A DNA stretch of 64,000 nt from Felis catus (taxonomy: Eukaryota): contig NC_058368.1 of assembly GCF_018350175.1 (NCBI RefSeq), positions 124,684,001 to 124,748,000 on the forward strand, written 5' to 3'. The first letter of the stretch is position 1. Each line of letters opens with the position of its first letter. Shown one piece after another: positions 49,651-61,680 of the stretch. The translations under genes and the position numbers were made by a program. The notes under the pieces are model-generated. The model was given only the letters and a program-made list of their open reading frames with translations, did not search any database and was not told the origin of the DNA.

Positions 49651-51234
49651 TCAAGAGGGTGATGTAAGAGGATCTTGGGCTCACTTTCTCCCATAGACAT
49701 GCCCATTCTACAGCTACGTATGGAACAACTTCCTCTGAAAAAAAAAAAAAAACGAAAAACTATCTGAGCAAACAAGAGAAACCCACATTAAAGCAGGTAG
49801 TAGAGACTGGGACACAGTCTTGCCATAAACAGCACCCCTAGTGCAGTGACCCACAGTCAAAAGGGAACTCAAAACCTGGAGCTGCTCCCTGAGGAGCAAA
49901 GGACTTGAACCTCACATCAGGCAGCCCAATTTTTAAGACAAGCACATGAGGGACAAGCTCCCAGAACATCTAGCTTTATAAACCAATGGGGCGCATGTCC
50001 ACCAGACCCACAGAGCTATAATAATCTGCTTGACTCTCTTGTTAGAGAGACAACAACTCTCTTGTTCTGAGAACCACCTCCTAAAGGGCTCACACTGGAA
50101 CCCACATGTCCCAGGGCCCACCATAGAGACAGCCAATAGAGAGATACCCAGATTTATTTGAAAGAGGCTCATTTTCTAATCTTAAAAGTGCTGGCCTGTG
50201 ACGGAGGTATCTAAATTAGCACACAGCTAAGTACCTGCTGGCTGGGGGATACCACCTTCATACTCTTCCTCTCCCTCACTCTAACCAATGTGTGCCATCT
50301 TTTTTTCTAGAGTAGAAGGGAGGTTTTACATGTTTATGGTGCTTTGTTCTTGTGACTGCCACCCAGGAGATGCCCCTTGATTGTCTGGCTGGGGCTGGTC
50401 CAGGGAGTGGGGATTGGGGAGACAGCACTTGCATTCTTGGGTCACACATAATTGTAACAACTGGAGAGAGAGTTCTTGGCAATCTACCACCCCCAGGGAA
50501 CTACAAAGACAGAAAGCTCAAATATACCCCATCTTTCTGTAAAAGAGACCTATTCACTTCTGCTGGAGCTTCAGCTTGAAGGGCAGGCTTCAGATTTGGC
50601 ACACACTGAGGTGCATGTGGAGGTACTCACAGGGAACACAGGCCGAGGGATGCCATATTCATGCTCTCCCTCTGCCTCACTACAGCTCACCAATATCTCC
50701 CAGGAAGGAGCTTATACACTTGTCTGAAGCCCCAATTTGTGGGAATGCTGCCCAGGGTACACCTCTAGATAACCTGATTTGGTGGCTAGTGGGGCTCATC
50801 CTTGTGAGGCTTACACTTGTGGTCCCACAGGACTGTATATATTTGCATACTTTAAAAGCTGCTGCCGGGGCGGGGGGGGGGGGGGGTCTGGCTTCCAATC
50901 AGCCTGCACCCAGGTGCTGACCAAGATCCTTCCCTCAAGGACACTGAGGACACACCCTCAACTATTGGGAGTTATTAAAAATAAAATATGCTGTATAGAA
51001 AATCACAAAGGTTTGAGAGACAACCAAGAGCTAGGGCAGGATTAAACAATAAGGTTCATCTATAGGAGGCCACACCTTCAAGACTGGGACAGGGGGCTGT
51101 TTTACCTAATGCATAAAACTAACAAGAGAGTCAAGCAAAAGGAAGAAACAGAGGAATATGTTCCAAATGATAGAACAAGATGAAACCTCAGGGCGGGGAA
51201 CCATAATGAACTGGAGATAAGTAATTTGCAAGAT
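49651..51234 (+). mobile_element. L1 5'UTR plus start of ORF1, 3'-truncated
   Basis: Start resembles the L1 5' end at ~54986; acagaggaatatgttccaaatga matches the ORF1 start region near 56373. Confidence 0.75.
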
Positions 51235-51641
51235 GCTAGAAAAACACAAGTAAATAAAATCCTGAACTTCAATGATTTAAAAAAGAAAAAAAGGAATATG
51301 GAAATACTTAATCTGTTTCTTGCAACAAATAGGCTGCCCAAATCACATCTACTACAGGACATCGTTATGGTCTACAGACACAGTGATTTGTCAGTAATAA
51401 AAAATAAAAATATCAACAATAATAACAATATTTGTTGAAGGCATCCTACAGATCAGGCATGCATATCAATTGCTTCCAGATCTTTTCCTAAAGATAAAGA
51501 TGCTTCTAGATCTACTGGTGACATGTGTCCCCAGAACTGAAAGAAATTTCTGCAATATTCTTTGGAACTCACTAGAAATATTTTCCCATTTGGGAAACTT
51601 GTTAAACAAAAATTGTTCTTAAGATTTTTTTCTACTTCTCA

Positions 51642-51859
51642 GGGCGCCTGGGTGGCTCAGTCAGTTAAGCTTCCAACTTCAGCTCAGGTCATGATCTCAC
51701 AGTCCGTGAGTTTGTGCCCCGTGTCAGGCTCTGTGCTGACAGCTCAGAGCCTGGAGTATGCTTTGGATTCTGTCTCCCTCTGTCTCTGCCCCTCCCCTGC
51801 TCACACTCTCTCTCAGAAATAAATAAACATTAAATTTTTTTAAAATATTTAAACAAAAA
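51642..51859 (+). mobile_element. Can-SINE
   Basis: SINEC; TSD aagatttttt(t)ctacttctc (51621-51640 / 51860-51878). Confidence 0.96.
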
Positions 51860-51921
51860 AAGATTTTTTCTACTTCTCTACCCAACAAAAAGTTGAAGAC
51901 ATTTAGTCTGGATAGAAAGAA

Positions 51922-52203
51922 GACAGATACCGTATGTTTTCACTCTTATGTGGATCCTGAGAAACTTGACAAAAGACCATGGGGGAGGGGATGGGGAAAA
52001 AATAGAGAGGGAGGGAGACAAACCATAAGAGACTCTTAAAGACTAAGAATAAACTGAGGGTTGATAGGGGGTAAGAGGGAGGGGAAAGTGGGTGATGGGC
52101 ATTGAGGAGGGCACCTGTTGGGATGAGCACTGGGTGTTGTACGGAAACCAGTTTGACAATAAATTTCATGTTAAAATAAATAAACAGTCCTGGAAAAAAT
52201 TAT
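51922..52203 (+). mobile_element. Felid L1 3'-end fragment
   Basis: gacagataccgtatgttttcactcttatgtggatcctgagaaac...gacaataaatttcat; same family as 29133-29281. Confidence 0.93.
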
Positions 52204-52363
52204 AAATATTTAAAAAAAAAGATTTTTTTCTACTTCTCTACCCAAAAAAAGGTGGAGACATTTAGTCTGGATAGAAAGAACTTCCTAATGCCAAAAGTAT
52301 TAAAAAATAAAACACATATATCATTTAAGTCACATAGATTTGGCCTCTAATCAAAAAAGAGTA

Positions 52364-52580
52364 GGGGCGCCTGGGTGGCGCAGTCGGTTAAGCATCCGAC
52401 TTCAGCCAGGTCACGATCTCGCGGTCCGTGAGTTCGAGCCCCACGTCAGGCTCTGGGCTGATGGCTCGGAGCCTGGAGCCTGTTTCCAATTCTGTGTCTC
52501 CCTCTCTCTCTGCCCCTCCCCGTTCATGCTCTGTCTCTCTCTGTCCCAAATAAATAAGTAAACGTTGAAAAAAAAAAAAA
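52364..52580 (+). mobile_element. Young felid Can-SINE
   Basis: Near-identical to the 29483 and 47015 copies; long A tail. Confidence 0.97.
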
Positions 52581-53152
52581 AAGAGAAGAAAAAAATATAT
52601 ATATATATTAATACAGAAAGCATTTAATTCCTTCTATGCATATGTAAATGGGATTAATGGTGTACTTTGAACATAGCAAGGATCCAGAATTGATAAATCA
52701 TGTGGCCAAAGCTATTATGTAAGGAAGCTATGAATACATTCAAAGCAACAACAGTATATTTTCTCTCAATTTTTATACAAAAATTAAGGGTTTTCACATG
52801 AAGTTAATGACTAAAAAAAATAATGCCACTTGTTCTAGTCCTTAGTAACTGTTAAATGTCACGTTTACATTATTACCTTTTCTATTTTCTGATTTTAAAA
52901 GTAGAATTTGTTCATTAAAGAAAATCTGGGAAATTAAGGTTAAGAAGATAAAAAGAGAAATTACCCATTATCCCACTATCCAGAATTAATGGCCTTAATA
53001 TTTTTTTTGGAGATTCCATTCCAGCTTTTTTCTCAAACTTTACATTTTTACATAGTTAAGAAACAATGATATGTATACTTTTTTAAACTTGCTTTTTTTC
53101 ACATAGACTTATACTACTAAGTACTTTCCTATGTCATTAAAAATTCTTCATT

Positions 53153-53373
53153 GGGGCGCCTGGGTGGCTTGGTTGGTTGAGTGTCCGACTTCGGCTCAGG
53201 TCATGATCTCACACTCCGTGAGTTCGAGCCCCGCGTCGGGCTCTGTGCTGACAGCTCAGAGCCTGGAGCCTGTTTCAGATTCTGTGTCTCCCTCTCTCTG
53301 TGACCCTCCCCCGTTCATGCTCTGTCTCTCTCTGTCTCAAAAATAAATAAAAACGTTTAAAGAAAATTTTTTT
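53153..53373 (+). mobile_element. Can-SINE
   Basis: CpG-rich SINEC; TSD aattcttcat. Confidence 0.97.
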
Positions 53374-54151
53374 AATTCTTCATAAATATTAAGAGTTATA
53401 AAATATTACATTTCTAACTAAGCCTCTGTTTTGGAATAGTCTGCTTCCTTTTCCTATTATAAAAAAAAAAAGCACTGAAAATGTAATATTAATGATATCA
53501 CAACAGAGCTTAAAAAAAAAAGTATAATAGCTCCTATGCCATGAATAAGCAAGCAGAAGTGGTATTCTTCTCCCAATCTTTTATCCCCCAATCTTGGTCT
53601 AAAGCAACTGAAAGGATAAACCAGAGAAATCTCCCTAGGTACAGCATATTGATTAATAGGGTAGAAGAACTCAGAGCAACATGAAAGTTGTCAAGTACTT
53701 CTTTTTGCCCATTTCACTATCAACTACCATTTCCCACCTCTCTAAGAAAATCCAAAGTCTACTAGCCAGAAAGGTCTGTTGAATATACAGAAATATTTCT
53801 GTGTACTAGAACCCCCAATCAACTTCCCCTGAAGTCCCAACACAGAGAATATGTGCTTGCCCAGGACTTACTGGGTTGAACAACCCCAGAGGTACAATTT
53901 GTATTATTTTCTGTGTAAAGTTCTCCCCTCAAGTTTTTCAGCATTGCCCCAGACTGTTTCTTCACATTTATACAAGAGCAAAATGAAAAGCAGAAGGACA
54001 GAAGTATTCTCTGGTGCTTTTCTTAAGTCTTTTGTTGATCTCACCCCAATGCTGTTAGAGTATCCTTTAGCTTTAGTGCCCAAGGCTCCACTTGTTCAAT
54101 CAGTTTGGACATATTTTCCACACAGAAAGTTTTTTTAAAAGACTCTCTCAT

Positions 54152-54368
54152 GAGGCACCTAGGGGGCCCACTCAGTTGAGTGTCTAACTTCGACTCAAGT
54201 CATCATCTCCAAGTTTGCGGGTTGAAGCCTCACCTTGGGCTCTGTGCTGACAGCTCCAGGCTCAGAGCCTGGAGCCTGCTTCAGAGTCTGTGTTTCCCTC
54301 TCTCTCTGTACCTCCCCCACTTGTTATTCTCCACCCCCAAAAAAAAATTAATTAAAATTTTTTAAAAA
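54152..54368 (+). mobile_element. Can-SINE (diverged)
   Basis: ggctctgtgctgacagctc...agagcctggagcctgcttcaga. Confidence 0.9.
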
Positions 54369-54389
54369 TTAAAAATACTCTTCCAGATA

Positions 54390-54983
54390 TAAGGACATAG
54401 GGCCTCTCTATAACAAAAATTGAACCAGGACAACAGAGAAACCCCCTGCTCCCACTACCACGCTGGCAAGCACCAAGTAACAAGAAGCAGGAGTCTACTG
54501 TTGGTTGAGGGTCAGGAGCTCAGAGAGAAACCATATTTGTGGCACAGGAGCACAAGAAAGATATGAAGTTGAAGATGGAGCAAAAACATTGAAAAAACCC
54601 TCCAGTAATTCAACCTCCACTCTATGCACAAGGTAATATTGGAGGAATTTGAAGCCAGTGATATACTGAAGGTGACTATAGCAAAAATAAAAACCAAACA
54701 CAATTTTACTTTTGATTAGACTGACTCAACACTACCACCCTCTTCCCCCCACTACTGGCCTAGGAAAAGAAGGAACATGTCTTTTTGTAGGTATAAAGAT
54801 TATTTACTATAGTCTCTACTGTTTTACACATTAGATTAGGCACTCAAACAAAAATTAGAAGATACATAAAAAGTCAAGGGAAAACAATTCATTTTCAAAA
54901 GACAGAGAAATGAACAAAAAGACTCAGAGATAAACCAGATGTATAACTATCAGAAAATTTAAAATTAATGATTAGCTATCTTA
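54390..54983 (+). mobile_element. Old L1 5'/ORF1 region, left part of host element
   Basis: gactcagagataaaccagatgtataactatcagaaaatttaaaatta continues colinearly at 61681. Confidence 0.7.
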
Positions 54984-56372
54984 CAGAGAAGATGGTAGAG
55001 TAGGAGGACCTGAATGGTATCTCATCCCACAGATACAACTAGGCAACACCCACATCAGTGTAAGTAACCCAGAAAATGACTCAAAGACTGTCAGGACAGA
55101 CTTTCCACTGCTAAATGGAGAGAAGAGGCCACACTGAAGAGGGCAGAGATGTAGTCAGGAGTTTAAAGGACCTGTGAGACTGACTGAGGGAGGGAAGGAT
55201 GCTGCAGGTGTGGAGAAGGGAGAGCATATCCTTATACCAACCATTCCAAGCAAGGGAAACCTGCATGAAAACTGAAGGGACATAATTCCTCTTGTTCTTA
55301 CAATCAGCAGGACTTAACACCTCGAACTTTGAAGGTCAGCAGGGTGGCCTGGAGTCCAACAGGAAACTGAGACCCTGACCTTAAAGAAATAGCTTAACAA
55401 ATAGCCCTGTGGAGATAAAGTATAGAAATAGCAGTTTGAGGAATGCCTGGGGTATACAGGAAGCAGATTTGTTTACCAATGCCAGAGCATGTGCTGGAGG
55501 GGCAGGGATTGTAGGGAAACTTCTCCAGGAACAAAGGAGCTGGTGGCTGCCACTTCTCTCCACTGTCCTCCACTCTAGACACATGGACACCTCCTGAACT
55601 AGCACCACACCAACACTCCTTACACAACCTGCCACAGCATATCCCATTCCCAAATTCTCCTGTGGACACACCCCCTCCAGCCAGGCCTCCCACAGCAGAC
55701 CTAGCAAATCTTGCTAACACCATGTACTCCCTCCCTGGACTCTCCCCGCAATTCTCCAGTGGCTCTATCCCCTCGAATACATCCATGACTGGAGTCCATC
55801 CAAAGCAGTGCCACAAACCTGGCAGAGTGTGAGCAGTCCACAACCAGGGTAGAGCATCTCTCCAATTTAATTCCTACCCAGGGAAACAGATGTAGAAAAC
55901 CACACATACTAGTCCACATGTAGCCCTTACAATGGGCTGGGGTCAGACATCTGGTCTAACTTCAGGACCTGCCTAACAAAGAAAGCTTCTCAGGGGACAA
56001 TGCAGGGAAAGCACCCAGCAGTTTGGTGCTACTGCATCTCTACTGCATCTCTAATAAGCAATTGGTCTAACTCAACTCGAGCCCAAGGCAGCCCCAGACT
56101 GGCCCACTAATAATACGGGGACTAAATGTTGCCTACAACAGGCAAAGAGAGCCATGGCAGATGACTAGACTGACAAACACAGCTCAGCCACAACAGCAGG
56201 GCTTATGCAACACACCCAGGAGACACCTGTCAAGTGAGAGGTTCTGGTGAACAGGGGACATTGCACTGCTGAGTACTATAGGACCTCTTATTTATAAGGC
56301 CACTATTTTCAACAACAGGAGACATACATGACTTTCCCAACACAAAGAAACAGCCACAGAGAGTTAGACAAA

Positions 56373-57463
56373 ATGAGAAGACAGAGGAATATGTCCCAAA
56401 TGAAAGCACAGGACAAAATCACAACAAGAGAGCTAAATGAAACAGAGATAAGAAATATGCCTGATAGAGAATTTAAAGTAATCATCATAAAAATACCCAC
56501 TAGACTTGAGAAAAGAGCAGAGGATATCAGCTATTTTTATCTATTTTAAGGGTAAAATAGATAAAAATAATAGATAAAGTAGATAAAAAATAATAATAAT
56601 AAAAGAACCAATCAGAGATGAAGAACTCAATAACTGAAATTAAAAATACACTGGATGGTGGGGCACCTGGGTCACTCAGTTAGTCAGGTGACTCTAGATC
56701 TCAGCTCAGGTCTTCATCTTAGGGTCATGAGTTTGAGTCCCGCATTGGGATCTGCACTGGGAGCAAAGCCTACTTAAAAAAAAACACTAGATAAAATAGA
56801 TAGTGGACTAGAAGAAGCAGAAAACAGATTAGCAACCTGGAAAGCATTACTCCTGACAGAGTAATGGAAAGCAATCAAGCTGAACAAGAGAGAGAAATAA
56901 CAATAAACGAAAACTAAGGGAACTCAGCAATACCACCAAGCATAATAACATGTGCCTTATAGGGATCCCTGCAGGAGAGGAGAGAGAAAAAGGGGCAGAA
57001 AAATTTTTTGAAGAAATATTACCTAGAAACTTCCCAAATCTGGGGAAGGAAACAGAAACCCAGATCTAAAAGACATAGGGAATTCCTAACAAAATCAACA
57101 CAGAGGGTCCACACCAAGACACAAAGTAATTAAGATGGCAAAAAGTAGTGCTAAAGAATTTTTAAAATTCAAGAGAAAACAATTATATATAAAGAAAACC
57201 CCATAAAGTTATCAGCTGTTTTCCCAGTAAAAAGTTGTAGGCCATAAAGGAGTGGAATAATATATTCAAAGTGCTGGGCGGGGGTGGGGGGGTGGGGAGA
57301 GGGGACCCTATAGCCAATGTAGCAATGCTATCATTGTATCAATGTAGCAATGCTATCATTCAGAAAAGAAGGAGAGATGAAGAGTTTCCTAGGTAAACAA
57401 AAGCTAAAAGAATTCATCACCATCTAACCAGCCCAATATGAAATGTTAAAGGGGACCCTTTGA
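56373..57463 (+). pseudogene. L1 ORF1 (disrupted)
   Basis: MRRQRNMSQMKAQDK...PDREFKVIIIK; frameshifts and SINE insertion. Confidence 0.85.
56660..56784 (+). mobile_element. Short Can-SINE lacking CT tract, in L1 ORF1
   Basis: ggggcacctgggtc...aagcctacttaaaaaa; TSD acactggat/acactagat. Confidence 0.88.
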
Positions 57464-57698
57464 GTGGAAAGGAAAGACCATAAGAGTAAGAAAAATAGGA
57501 ATCATAAAAGCAGTAAAATTAAGTATATCTACAAAATCATTCAAAGGATTCACAAAATGAAAAGATGTAAAGTATGACACCATATATCTAAAACATGGGG
57601 GTAGAGGGGAGAAGAGTAAAGAACGGGTTCAAACTTCATTGACCATCAACTTAACACAAACTGCTATATGCTTAAGATGTTATATATAAACCTAATGA

Positions 57699-57875
57699 GG
57701 GGTGCCTAGGTGGCTCAGTCACTTAAGCACCCAACTCTTGATTTTGGCTCAGGTCATGATCTCATGATTTGTGAATTCGAGTACCAAATCAGGCTCTGTG
57801 CTGACTGCTTAAAGCCTGCTTGGGATTCTCTCTCTTCTTCCTCTCTCTCTCAAAATAAGTAAACATTTAAAAATA
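57699..57875 (+). mobile_element. Can-SINE in the L1 inter-ORF region
   Basis: ggggtgcctaggtggctcagtc...gcctgcttgggattctctc. Confidence 0.92.
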
Positions 57876-58035
57876 AATATATAAATAAAAATAAATGGTA
57901 ACCACAAATCAAAAACCAGTAATAGATATGCAAAGATTAAAGAGAAAGGAATCCAAGTATATTACTAAAGAAAGCCAAGAACAAGAGAAGAAAAAAACAG
58001 AGAACTACAAAAACAACCATAAAACAAGTAACAAA

Positions 58036-61000
58036 ATGTCAGTAAGTAAATACCTATAAATAATTATTTTGAATGTAAATGGACTAAACGCTCCAATCAA
58101 AAGACACATGATAGAATGGATTAAAAAAAAAAAAAAAGCAAGACCCAACTATATGCTCCCTACAAGAGATTCATTTCAGACCTAAAGACACACGGAAACT
58201 AAAAGTGAAGGGATGGAAAAGCATTTATCATGCACATGGAAGTGAAAGAAAGATGGGGTAGCAATACTTACATTGGGCAAAATATACTTTAAAACAAAGA
58301 CTGTAACAAGAGACAAAGAAAAACGCCATACAATCATAGAGAGAATAATCCAACCAAATGATATAACAATTATAAATATGTATGCACCCAACAAGAAAGC
58401 ACCCAAATAAATAAGGCAAGTAATAACAAACATAAAGGAAGTAATCAATAGTAATATAATACAGTAGGAGGCTTTAATACCACACTTACATCAATGGATA
58501 GATTATCCAAACAGAAAATCAACAAGGAAACAGTGGCTTTGAATGACACATTGAACCGGATAAATCTAACAGATCCCTTCAGAACATTCCATCCTAAAAC
58601 AGCAGAATATACATTCTTTTCAAGTGCACATGGAACATTCTCCAGAATACATTACATATTAGGCCACAAAACAAGTCTCAACAATTTCAAAAGATGGAAG
58701 TCATACCGTGCATCTTTTCTGACCACAATACTATGAAACTAGAAAGCAATCACAGAAGAAAATGTTGGAAGAACACAAATACATGGAGGTTAAAAAATAT
58801 GCTACTAAACAATGAGTGGGTCAACTAAGAAATCAAAGAGGAAATAAAAAAAAATACATAGTGACAAACGAAAATGAAAACACATACCTCAAGAAGAAAG
58901 AAAATCTCAAACAAACAACCTAACACTAGATCTATAGGAGCTAGGAAAAGAACAAACAAAACCCAAAACCAATGAAAGGAAGTAAACAATAAAAATATAA
59001 GCAGAAATAAACAAAATTGAAACACCCCCCAAAAACACCACAACAGAACACAGCAATCAAACTAGGAGCTAGTTCTTTGAATAGATCAACAAAATTGATA
59101 AATCTTTAGCCAGAATCATCAATGAGAGAGAGAAAGAGAGAATGGAGACTCAAACAAAATCAGAAGTGAAGAGGAGCAATAACAACCAATACCACAGAAA
59201 TACAAAGGACTATAAGAGAATATTATGAAAAATTATATACCAACAAACTAGACAACCTGGAAGAAATGAATAAATTCCTACAAACATATAATCCAAAACT
59301 GAATAAGGAAGAAATAGAAAACTTGAACAGACTGATTACCAAAAATTAAATTGAATCAGTAATCAAAGAACTCCCAACAAACAAAAGTTGAGGACCAGAT
59401 GGCTTTACAGGTTAATTATAACAAACATTTAAAGAAATATTAATACCTGTTCTTCTCAAACTCTTCCAAATTCATTCATGAGGCATTACTCTGAAAAACT
59501 GAAAGCTTTTCCCCTAAGATCAGGAACAAGACAAGGAGTCCACTCACCACTTTTATTCAACATCATACTGGAGTCCTAGCCACAGCAATCAGACAACAAA
59601 TAGAAATAAAAGACATCCAAATTGGTAAGGAAGAAGTAAAACTTGCACTATTTGCAGGTGACATGATACTACATATAGAAAACCCAAAAGACTCCACCAA
59701 AAAAATACTAGAACTGATAAATGAATTCAGTAAGGCTATAGGATACAAAATCAATATACAGAACTCTGTTACATTTCTCTACACTAATAATGAAGTACAG
59801 AAGGAGAAATTAAGAAAACAATCCCATTTACAATTGCACCAAAAATAATGAAATACCTATGAATAAATTTAAACAAGAAGGTGAAAGACCTGTATTCTAA
59901 AAAATATAAAACACTAATGAAAAAACTGAAGATGACACAAATAAATAAAAAGATATTCCATGTTCATGAACTGGAAGAACTAATAATGGAATAATAATAA
60001 CTGGAAGAACTAATAATAAATGGATATTGAAATATCCATTTCTACCAAAAACAATCTACAGATTTAATGCAATTCCTATCATGACACCAACAGCATTTTC
60101 ATAGAGCTTGAACAAACAATCCTAAAATCTGTTTGGAACCACAAAAGATCCTGAATAGCCAAAACAATCTTGAAAAAGAAGAACAAAACTGAAGGTATCA
60201 CAATCCCAGGTTTCAAGGTATACTACAAAGCTGTTGTAATCAAAACAGTATGGTACTTGCACAAAACAGACACACAGATTAACAGAACAGAATAGAGAGC
60301 CCAGAAATGAACCCACAATTATATGGCCAATGAATCATCAACAAGAATATATAAGAAAAAGATAGTCTCTTCAGCACATAGTGTTGGGAAAACTGGACAG
60401 CTATGTGCAAAAAAAGGAAACTGGACCACATTTACACTGGACCACTTCTTACACCACACATAAAAATTAACTCAAAATGAATTAAAGACTTAAATTCAAG
60501 ACCTGAAACCATAAAAATCCTAGAAGAGAGCACAAGCAGTAATTTTTCTAACATTAGCCTTAGCAACATTTTTCTAGATATGTCTCCTGAGGCAAAGGAC
60601 ATAAAAGCAAAAATGAACTATTGGGATTACATCAAAATAAAAAGCTTCTGCATGGCAAACGAAACAATTAATAAAGCTAAAAGCCTACTGAATGGGAGAA
60701 GATATTTGCAAATGACATATCAGATAAAGGGTTAGTATCCAAAACATATAAAGACCTTACACAACTGAACATGAAAAAAAAAAAAAAAACAAAAAAACAG
60801 TCCATTTAAAAGATGGGCAGCAGATATAAACAGACATTTCTCTCAAGATGACATAAAGATGGCCAAGAGATACATGAAAAGATGCTCAACATTACTCATC
60901 ATCAGAAAAATGCAAATTAAAACCACAATGAGATATCACCTCATACCCATCAGAATGGCTAAAATCTAAAACACAAGAAACAACAGGTGCTGGCGAGAAT

Positions 61001-61393
61001 ATGGAGAAAAAGGAAACTGCATGCACTATTGGTGGGATTGCAAAATGGTGCAGCCACTGTGGAAGACAGAACAGAGATTCTTAAAAAAGTTAAAAATAGA
61101 ACTGCCTTATGATCCAGCAATCACACTGGGGGATATATATGCACCCCTATGTTTATAACAGCATTATTTACAATAGCCAAACTAAGGAAGAAATTCAAGG
61201 GTCCATCAATAAATGAATAGATAAAGAAGATGTGATATACATATGCACAATGGAATATTACTCATCCACTAAAATAGAGTGACATCTTGCCATTTTCAAC
61301 AACATGGATGGACCTAGAGAGTACAATGCTTAGTGAAATAAGTCAGTCAGAGAAAGACAAATACTACATGATTTCACTCATATGTGTAATTTA
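58036..61393 (+). pseudogene. L1 ORF2 endonuclease/reverse transcriptase (disrupted)
   Basis: NVNGLNAPIKRH; MDRLSKQKINKE...YTFFSSAHGTFSRI; RT motif mutated to FAGD (59651-59662); stops, frameshifts and internal deletions. Confidence 0.93.
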
Positions 61394-61680
61394 AGAAACA
61401 AAACAAATGAACAAAGAAAAAAAGAGACAAACCAAAAAACAGACTATTATGGCTACCAGAGGGGAGGTGGGCGGTAAATGGGTGAAATAGGAGAGGGAAT
61501 TAAGAGTAAATTTATCATGATGAGCACTGAATAATGTATAGAACTGTTGAGTCACTATATTGCATACCTGAAAGCAATACAACACTGTATGTTAACTCTA
61601 CTGAAATTAAAATAAAATTTAAAAAATATTTAATTAAATAAAATGACCAAGTAAAAAAAATAGATAAAATAACATATCTT

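Larger units (their letters stand above)
54984..61668 (+). mobile_element. Near-full-length inactive carnivore L1
   Basis: 5'UTR starting aagatggtagagtaggaggacc, ORF1, ORF2, 3'UTR and A-rich tail; residual TSD core tatctta on both sides. Confidence 0.95.

Noticed and set aside
50866..50886. G-run / G-quadruplex potential (also ~57275-57304)
   Set aside because: Homopolymer expansions inside dead L1 sequence, with no sign of function
4686..53346. Recurrent similar ORFs (MAQSVERPT...VSPSLS) suggesting a small-protein family
   Set aside because: All are translations of Can-SINE bodies, with no independent coding evidence
54984..61668. Potentially active L1
   Set aside because: Both ORFs are broken, the RT motif reads FAGD, part of RT is deleted and two SINEs are inserted
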